The notes beneath the pieces are model-generated. The model made no database searches and was not told the DNA's origin. It was given only the letters and a program-made list of their open reading frames with translations. From Octopus sinensis (Eukaryota), in NCBI RefSeq assembly GCF_006345805.1, contig NC_043002.1, forward strand, positions 104,842,001 through 104,906,000: DNA of 64,000 nt. Direction: 5' to 3'. A program made the position numbers and the translations under genes. Of the stretch, positions 54,930 through 64,000 are shown one piece after another (the stretch's first letter is position 1; each line of letters starts with the position of its first letter).

Positions 54930-55220
54930 TATTACAGGATTTTTCAGTTCTATATTTAAGAGATGAGGAATTATTTACATTATTTACATTTGTCCTCATC
55001 AAGTTTGTTGTTAACACAACCATTCGGCTGATATACTCTCCAGCTTTCATCAGATGTCTTAAGGAAATTTCGAGCATGGGTTCTCATTCCTAAGGTATTT
55101 TTCGATATTATTATTATTGTTGTTGTTGTTGTTGTTGTTGTTGTTCAGGTCACTACCTGGAATCGAACACGGAATTTTGGGGTTAGTAGCACGCGCTCTT
55201 AAGCACTACACCATATGCCC
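54930..55220 (-). mobile_element. tRNA-headed SINE-like element containing a degenerate PLE-type hammerhead
   Basis: The head 55220-55145 has A-box TGGTGTAGTG and B-box GTTCGATTCC. An (AAC)n(AAT)n linker follows, then GACAT-CTGATGA-AAGCTG..CAGCC-GAATG-GTT-GTGTT at 55058-55013. Confidence 0.7.
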
Positions 55221-55621
55221 ACCACATACGTAAAAATGAACTGTTAAAAGATGCAATTGTAGAGAAGCGCGAGAAAGATTAACGAGATTATCTACATGAG
55301 ATTATCTTCGTGTATTTAGCGTTATCTGCCAAAAAGAAAACGAGAAGCCCAACGGGGACGAACTTATAATGTCTGCGGTAGTTGTATCTTTTTTTTCATA
55401 GAAAAGTCTAGTGGGGTTTGATGTTGGGGTGTTAGAATCCAGAAGCGCAAATTGGTTTTGCCGATTCTTCGTACACTTGATACTCAACTAGACGTGCTGC
55501 ATAAATACGCCATTCAAAATATCAATCACACGCATTCTTAAGTTTCTTTTCGAGAATTCAAGTTTGACCAAGAAATTGTATTCAGCGATGACCCGTTCGT
55601 GGATTTTTTTATTCTTCTATT

Positions 55622-55802
55622 CTTTTATTTTTTCAGTCATTTGACTGCAGCCATGCTGGTGCACCACTTTTAGTCGAACAAATCGACCCCAGGACTTATT
55701 CTTCGTAAGCCTACTTCGTATTTTATAGATTTTTTTTTACCGAACAGCTAAGTTACAGGAAAGTAAAATCTGTTGTCAAGCGATGGTGGGGAGACAAACA
55801 CA

Positions 55803-55853
<51 letters not shown>

Positions 55854-56090
55854 CTATATATATATATACTTTATTTAAAGCAGCAAAAAACAAAAAAATG
55901 TTCTCTGAGTTTCACGTTCCCGTTCGTCGGACAGGTTTTTCTAGCAAAAACTGTCCGACGAACGGGCACTTGAAACTCAGAGTAACAGGTTTTGCTGAAT
56001 TTCTGCTGCTTCAAATAAACAGCTACTACTACCACTGGTATTTGAGTACTCTTTTTTCCACCTTATTTCACACTTATGTTTCTCCGGGTA

Positions 56091-56156
<66 letters not shown>

Positions 56157-56322
56157 TATATGTATTTATATATAGCACAGGCCTTTTAGTATGCGCGTCT
56201 ACGAAATTCACTCAGGTAACACTGATGGGCCCGAAGATATGATAGAAGACACTGGCTCAAGGTAGCCACGCAGTAGGACTGAATCCACGACCATGTGGTT
56301 CGGAAGCAAGCTTTTCTCCACA
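55622..56322 (-). mobile_element. Diverged family A SINE split by a foldback insertion in its central microsatellite
   Basis: The 3' half lies at 55622-55830 and the 5' half at 56170-56322, with the palindrome between them. Confidence 0.7.
55870..56019. mobile_element. 150-bp foldback (MITE-like) palindrome
   Basis: Inner arms 55903-55940 and 55946-55982 (1 indel, 2 mismatches, 5-nt loop). Outer arms 55870-55885 and 56004-56019 (1 mismatch). Confidence 0.85.
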
Positions 56323-56992
56323 GAGTCGTTCGAAGCAGACTAACCACAATTTTTCTTGGAGATGTCAACATTAATTATAAAACATATAAATTCAGTATCG
56401 TTGGCTTCAATGATCCACATTAATGTATACCGACAGAGAATAACGGGTCACACCTTACGATGCAATTTATTTTTCTAATCCAAAAAGATTTTTCACTGCT
56501 ACAATCAAATAGCTATCAAAAGTTGGTCCTCCTTAGATAACGTATTATATTTTATGAGTATATAAACAGTTTGGATACTTGTGTTTCTGGAGACTGTCAG
56601 AATATTGTAGACGCCTGATGAGAAGTAAATAAGGTTCAAAAATTAAAGTTGTTCATCATTTTTTCTGTCTGCAGAGAAATGGCTAAAATTTGCCCTGTTT
56701 ATAATTATGCCACATTATACAATTATACTTTACCGCACAAATAAATTTAATTTCAGTAACATATTTTCGTGATTTATTAGTTTTATCAGAAGCTGTCTTA
56801 TGGTAATTACAAATTTCCGTGCTTAAATTTACAACTTTTGAAAAAGTAGTTATCCCCTCAAATCATTTTTTGCTGTTTGTATAGATATTGAACTGTAAAT
56901 AATTAATATACAGATACTTTAACTTAATCAATGTTTAGATACTTATATTTAATCCTGTTATATATATATATTATTAAATATATATATTTATC

Positions 56993-57023
<31 letters not shown>

Positions 57024-57575
57024 ATATATATATTATATATATATATATTGGTAAAACGGTAAGATAACAAAAGAAGAAAGACACCTCAATATTATGTAAA
57101 TGGAGAATTTATCTGTAAAATAATGTGACAATTATTTTACAGATATATATATTATATATAGAATATATATATATAATATATATAGTATATATATATATAT
57201 GCGTATGTGTGTGTATACATATATGTATGCATACATAGATTCATCTTATATATATATATATATATATATTATATATGTATCTATATAGAGCGATAAATAG
57301 ATCTAGAGAGAAGACTATCGTTTTAGGAAATAAAATTGAAATAGAGAAACAAAACAAAAAAGAACCAATACAATCGTGACCAACAAGAATGTATGTTAAG
57401 ATGTCAGAGACGAGCTTAGATACTTGTGGTACTTCATTATAGTAATTAAAATCTTGTCGGTAGTAACTGATCTGCCGATACCTATAATTTACTACACTTC
57501 ACTATCGAACGCATTCAACAACTCTTACTGGAAACGTCTAGTTGTTTACACACACACACATATATATAGGTATAT

Positions 57576-57609
<34 letters not shown>

Positions 57610-57700
57610 GCACACACACATACGTATATGTATAGATATATATTGAACTGTAAGTATATACATATATGTATATGTAATATAATACATCAATATACATATT

Positions 57701-57738
<38 letters not shown>

Positions 57739-57960
57739 ATAATATATCTATATCTATATTCCTATATATACATATATATGTATATATATATACACACACA
57801 ATATATGTATATATTAAAATGTAGCCACATATATACACTCTTTAAACAAGTGTTTACGACGAGAACTATTAAGAAAATGTTTTTTCGCCAATTTCATCAA
57901 ATACATGATTATCATTAACATCAACTTGCTCATCATCCTCATCATCATCATCATCATCAT

Positions 57961-58140
57961 CATTATCATCATCATCATCCACAATAACAACATCATCCTC
58001 ATCACCATCATAATCATCATCGTCATAGCCACCAACGTTGTCGTTATCAACATTATCATCATCATCATCCACAATAACAACATCATCCTCATCACCATCA
58101 TAATCATCATCGTCATAGCCACCAACGTTGTCGTTATCAA
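57961..58140. repeat. Perfect 90-bp tandem duplication inside a degenerate (CAT)n tract
   Basis: 57961-58050 is identical to 58051-58140. Confidence 0.95.
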
Positions 58141-58849
58141 CATCATCATCATCAACGCAATCATTATCATCGTTGTCATCAACTAATGCTGGAATTCAGA
58201 CAATATCATATACATTATCATTAACTTTGCAGCGGTTTCCTTCTTGCTTTCTTTCCTTTTGTCCTTATTTTTTAATTTATTTTTTTCTCTTCCTCAATAT
58301 TTTACCATTTTTCTTTATTTTTACATAGTTACATATTTTATTGTTGTTCTCGATGTTATTTTGTTACGCTTGCTGTTGTTGCTGCTGGATTCTCATATGT
58401 TTTCCTTGCTGTACCAATATGTCTCATTCTTGTTGATATTGCTGTAGTTTTTATTGCCGATGTTCTGTATTGAAGTTCTTGTTTACGTATTTACTTTCAA
58501 ATTTATTTTGTTGTTGATATTTATGTTTTTTTTTAAAATTTTATTCTGTGTTCTGCGAGTGCTTTCAAAGTCTAGAAACGATAACAAATTTTAATTAGAA
58601 CTTAGATCTTAGAACGTATCTCATGACCAGACACGCCTCCACTCAACTAAACTGGGTTGACTTAAATAAAAAAATTTAAAAAATTCATATTTCATAAATC
58701 GATGAACCAAGATGTAAACAGAATATTTGGTCCATAGATTGTCTCAGTTGATTTCTGATGTTGGCCGACGACGACGAAAATGTGGAAGATTTTGATGACG
58801 ACTCCCTTGACGTTGATAATAAGTCTGACGATAAGGTAAATTACCTTTA

Positions 58850-59030
58850 AGTTCTGGCACTTTAGCAGCCTCAGAGGACGTCGATTACAGAGACACCATT
58901 GCTCAACTGGTACTTACTTTATCGACCTCGTAGAGATGAAAGGCGGAGTCGAACTCGGCCGGATTTGAACTTACCATGTAAAACAGACGAAATACCTCTA
59001 AGCATTTTGTCTAGCAGTTAACAATTTTGG
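58850..59030 (-). mobile_element. Diverged family C SINE
   Basis: Plus strand reads ACTGGTACTTACTTTATCGACC...GATGAAAGGCGGAGTCGA...ATTTGAAC...CAGACGAAATACC. Confidence 0.7.
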
Positions 59031-59283
59031 CAATTGCTGGTTGCAATAAGACTGATAGCCATCTAACAATATTATTATTATTATTATTATTATTACTATT
59101 ATTATTATTATTATTATTTTATTATTATTATACTATTATTATTATTATTATTATTTTATTATTATTATATCATCATCATCATTAACTTTATTATTATTAT
59201 TATTATTATTATATTATTATTATACTATTATTACTATTATTATTATTATTATATCATCTTAACATTATAATAATAAATTAATA

Positions 59284-59318
<35 letters not shown>

Positions 59319-59402
59319 TTTTTATTATTATTATTTTTATTTTTATTATTACTATTATTTTTATTGTTTTCATCATTATCATTAACGCTATTATTATTAT
59401 TA

Positions 59403-59443
<41 letters not shown>

Positions 59444-59465
59444 TATTATTATTATTATTATTATT

Positions 59466-60020
59466 GAGTGAGCGAGCAGAGCATGCCATCAAAGTGACAC
59501 TGGGGTAAAATATACGAAGCCCAGTATACCCATCATGACTACCCGTCTGATAAGGGTACACCAGGCACATGCATCACAACCATATGTGCGCGACATGGTG
59601 ATCTCATATCAAGATAAACAGCACATGACCTTGCAGGTGGAGCCCAGTTAGAATTTTCTTCAGATCGAGTAACCCATCCCGCTCAAAAGGTCCCTGAATA
59701 AGGGTTGTTTAAGGACGTTGAACGAAACACCCATGTTTCCAGAGGTGAATTATTCAAACCCCAAAGAATCCTTCTCAACACATGGCTATGATGCTCCCCC
59801 ACTACTTCTGCTCGTGATCAGAGATGCACATATCGTCAGCCACTAAGGGACATGCTCAACTGGTTAAGGTCAAACAACTGACAAGCAAATCTGTGGTATT
59901 GAGCAGAATATTTGCTGTAGCCCATCTTTTATACCAAGACAAAACAATGTACATGATAACACTTCCAATCAGTTAAGATCAGAAGCCATGAGAGCCACTG
60001 CCTGGTACTGCATCAGGGCA
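59466..60020 (-). mobile_element. 555-bp non-coding element inserted in (TTA)n; family and strand inferred
   Basis: GC-richer unique block with sharp ends and (TTA)n on both sides. No ORF of 60 aa or more and no tRNA head. Confidence 0.6.
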
Positions 60021-60042
60021 TTTATTATTATTATTATTATTA

Positions 60043-60102
<60 letters not shown>

Positions 60103-60122
60103 TATTATTATTATTATTATTA

Positions 60123-61988
60123 TCAAGAAGTTTTATTTTAATCTCTTATTTTCACTTCACTACCCTGTGTGCCCTGGCTATGTGCGCTGGCTTTTTGTGG
60201 TACTCTTATTTTAATAATATTGAAAGTGCTTTACGTAGCACCCTCTAATGCTATATTCTGTATAGCATTATATATACGTTCATACGCCGTGGTGATTTGT
60301 TATATGTTTGTCTGAAAGTTATTTAATCATACCAAATGCATCTACTTTTGTAGGAATTGTTTTTGCTTATAGACTCTACATTCAGGTTATCTCTATTTCC
60401 AGATCTTTCCTCTTTAAGCGTGTTTTTCTGTTTCTCTTAGGTACACATTGTCTTCTGTGGGGATCGTTACATCAAATAGAATTAATTGTTTTGAAGATCT
60501 CAGACAATTATATTCCGGTTTATTAGCCTTGATTTCTCTATCTGTGTCAACGGTTGCTTTGTCTTTTGTCATTACTAGAGTGTACCTATACCATCTTTTT
60601 TTGGCTGTTATTCCATTGTGTTGGCGTAACTCTCAGTGTATATAGGTCTCAAGGCGGCGAGCTGGCAGAACGTTAGCACGCCGGGTGAAATGCGTAGCCG
60701 TATTTCGTCTGCCGTTACGTTCTGAGTTCAAATTCCGCCGAAGTCGACTTTGCCTTTCATCCATTCGGGGTCGATAAATTAAGTACCAGTTACGCACTGG
60801 GGTCGATATAATCGACTTAATTCGTTTGTCTGTCCTTATTTGTCCCCTCTATGTTTAGCCCCTTGTGGGTAATAAAGAAACATATATAGGTCTCAACTCT
60901 GTCATGTCTGTGAATATATTCCTTCTTAGCCTCGACTGGGCAGCCAGATTTATTGTCTCTTTCCCATCACTACATCTTCTGCAGTAACTTGTATTTTTAT
61001 TCATTATGTGTTTCTGGCGGTTGCCACTGGGGAAGCTTTGATCTTGTCCTGAAATTTAGAATCTTTCCGTCTACGCTTTGGGTCCTGAACTTTTCAAACA
61101 TTGTTGAGATTTTACTCTTCGTGTTTGTTTTCTGTTTAGCCGATCCCAGTATTTGCCATGAAATTCTTTTCTTGCCATCGTTTTATCGTGCTATTCTCTT
61201 GATCCAGTTTTATTTTACCCTTCCTTTACAGCTTTTTTCATTATTTTCTTAATTGCTCTTCTTCTTCATGCATGCCAGCTACTATGGACCTCTTGTCATT
61301 TTGGGCCTCTTTAAACACAGAAAGCAGTTTCTTTTTGGCTCTCCTTTGTGGCTATTTGTACCAGTTCCCTTGTTCTGAGTCAAATGCTTCTGTATTCGTA
61401 TGGTTGTTATTTCATAATAGTTTTCTAGTTGTGCAAAACCTGTGCCACTTTCTATTCGTTGTTCATATAACCTTTCTATCTTAGATTTTGTGTGGTGTAT
61501 TCTTAATTCCGTCAATGCTTTTCTAGTTTTGCCTGTCTAGTTTGGTTAGTTCATATAGTGTCCAATTAAGAATATTGTAACTGTAACTTATATACAGGAC
61601 AATTAAATTATCGCTACCTGTTATCGTGTTTCTCGCATTGAGTTCTGTTTTGAGAATTAATCTAACGTCTATAGTATTCCTTCCTTATCGTTTCTGTGTG
61701 TTGAACCATATATCGTTCATTGATTCCTAAGTATTTGTACGTCTGTCTGGCTTTGGTCTAATTCTCTTGTTTCATTTTCTTTTGTTTAGTATGATATTCT
61801 TACTCTTAACTAGTTTTCCTCTTTTCAAGATTCTTTTGACACATTTTTCGCAGCCGTATTACATGTTTATTTCTTTGATAAATCCATCACTTTCTGTAGT
61901 AATTTATGCAGTTGCTTCTCCTTTGCAGCATACAGTGTAAGATCAGCCATATACAAGCGATAGTTTTATGGTAGCAGTTGTATCCAGA
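60123..61988 (-). mobile_element. 5'-truncated, degraded Dong/R4-like non-LTR retrotransposon (RT, CCHC knuckle, REL endonuclease)
   Basis: Across frameshifts the minus strand gives YMADLTLYAA (YMDD-like), YKYLG, RLILKTELNARN, HHTKSKIERLY, QDQS, CRRC..KETI, KEYIHRHDRV, DREIKANKPE, FDVTIP and KDLEIEIT. (AAT)n lies at both junctions. Confidence 0.9.
60653..60882 (+). mobile_element. Young full-length family C SINE with a 14-bp TSD, nested in the Dong-like element
   Basis: TSD TATATAGGTCTCAA at 60639-60652 and 60883-60896. Confidence 0.95.
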
Positions 61989-62943
61989 TTATTATTGTTG
62001 TTATTGTTGTTGCGTTTCTGTTTATATCATAACAATGATATAATAATAACAACACCAATAATAACACTCGTTTCAAATTTTACAGGAATTCAGTTTGAAA
62101 TGTAGGAGCAGGTCGGATTTCATCGACACCAGTATTTTACTGGTACACCTAAATAATATTGTCCGATGTATGGTGACAGTCAAAACCTGAATTAAGGAGA
62201 GTGTGGAAAATAATTCTGATGGCGCCCACCCAAATATTCCTGAACATTCAAGCTAATATATAATGTTTATGAATAACAAAAGGTGTTTTCATTTATACTC
62301 CATAAATAATTGTCTGTTCCCTAAAAATAAATGCAAATTTTTAGGACTAGTTAATTCGAATGCGTTGCTGTAGTAACTAGCCTAACATTCTATCTAAATA
62401 CACCTTGTAAAAAAGGGCATAATTAAAATCTGGAAATATATTTTGAAATGTGGAAAGCTTTTAGAGATCGTTCCTAACCAATTTTCTTTAACCTGTCGTT
62501 CTGATACTATAAATATATCTTCAGAATAAAAAAAGAAAATTCAGAGGTTATAATTGCCGCTTGTGAATTCCAAACCATCTGTGTGTGACTGAGTTAAAAC
62601 CAATTTAAAAGTTTCATTTCTTATCTGACGAACCTATAATGTTGTAAATGAATTTGCTCGTATAGGCAACATGCTGAAGACAAAATAAGAGGGAAATGTA
62701 CTTTAATTAAAGGTATCAGTCTTGATTAAGACATAGGAATGAAAGATTTGTTTTTAGAACCATCAAAGAAGTATTATTAGGAGACGAAGCTGTGGACATA
62801 AGGTCACGAAATGATTGGGAAAAGGAGAAAAGCATAAGGCCGAACATTCAGAATATTCTAACCAATCGAAATCCATGATATATTCCTGTAAGGTAATGTG
62901 TAACTTATTCAATCGTGTTAAGGTATTCTAGACATTATCTAAC

Positions 62944-63012
<69 letters not shown>

Positions 63013-63141
63013 ATTATATATATACATTGTTATATTTCGGAATGGTCATTTTACCAGTTTAGCCAATAAAGACACACGCACTGTATAATTGGTGTTACTG
63101 TGCTTCAGTGTTATTTATTTTTTACATTAATCTTAATCTTA

Positions 63142-63184
63142 TTTCGGCCACAGTTCTTTTGTTACACTCCTGTGACCACATCAG
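63142..63184 (-). ncRNA. Degenerate hammerhead-like core
   Basis: CTGATG-T-GGTCACAG-(16 nt)-CTGTGGCC-GAAA: 8-bp stem II and A9 changed to U. Stems I and III are not recoverable. Confidence 0.35.
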
Positions 63185-64000
63185 TGGTCCTTTGTTTTCT
63201 TTCTTATTTACGTCTCTCCTTACTAACCGTCAGCCATTTTGTATTTCTATTGTATGTCTTCATTTGCGCATGCTTATAACTCTATGTGCGTCTATGTTTA
63301 TATATAAATATACATATACTTATATATATGCATTAACATATGTGTGCCATATGGTTCGTCTTTTTTGACACCCAAAGTAATTATATAAGTACTTCTAGAA
63401 GTTTTTTTAAACTTCGCTGATTTTACTTGTTTATTTCCATATGATGCCTGTTTCGATCCCAACTTTCCTATTCGGTGCACACACGAAACAATCCCTTCTT
63501 AGATATTATTTATATTCAATACATTAGCCATTCAAAGTTCACAACCTGTGTCCCGTTTTTATTTATAGACCCAAAACCTTTAAAAAAAATTCCCTAATGA
63601 AATTTCAAATGAATACGTAACAGACATTAAATGTCGTTGTTTTTTTATTCCATATCCAAAAAAAAAAAAAAACGGTGAATACCGACTTTCTTTCACAAAA
63701 TATATAGATAATCTAATCACTGTATTTTTCTTCGAAATTATTTTTATTTTGCCTTTCTTATCGTATTTTTTACGAATATTAACATCACACCTGGTAAACA
63801 TATATTCCTTATAGTAACTAATTTCTTAACTGGAACCTCGATATATTCTCGTGCTAGTTTCTTTCTGTTTAGCGCTATTAACATAATATCTATTTTTATT
63901 TATATATCAAACCTGTGTACAACACACATAAACGTAAGTAATTTATAGATTATTAACAACCGTATTCATCTTTTTTTTCCATATACTCTGTTAATCTGTT

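Noticed and set aside
55145-55220. This and other SINE heads as tRNA genes
   Set aside because: They have A and B boxes but no complete acceptor stem, and they are fused to repeat bodies.
62619-62690. CTGACGA with CCTATA/TATAGG and TCTTAT/ATAAGA stems
   Set aside because: GAAA and the NUH triplet are absent, so it is too degenerate to call.

Overview
This is AT-rich eukaryotic DNA dense in microsatellites and transposons, with a 100-N scaffold gap at 39101-39200. The tRNA-derived SINE types, Dong/R4-like and RTE-like LINE relics and the (TA)n/(AAT)n/(CAT)n load suggest an octopus or other coleoid cephalopod; this is an inference from recalled repeat sequences, not a database result. I found no host protein-coding gene that I can support, and most entries in the ORF track are microsatellite artefacts. 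The window contains many tRNA-headed SINEs built from swappable modules, three Dong/R4-like REL-endonuclease relics beside (AAT)n tracts, RTE-, CR1- and Gypsy-like fragments, mariner/Tc1 relics, MITEs, a tandem non-autonomous Helitron pair, and three near-identical tandem duplications bounded by (TA)n. The most interesting signal is non-coding: six hammerhead-ribozyme (HHR) motifs of the Penelope/retrozyme type. One has an intact minimal core (52442-52479) and one is near-intact with a GUC site and a long stem II (48332-48423). A third, decayed, sits downstream of a tRNA-like Pol III head (55013-55220), suggesting a SINE-like element carrying a ribozyme. The other three are decayed relics. All structures were folded by eye and none has been tested.
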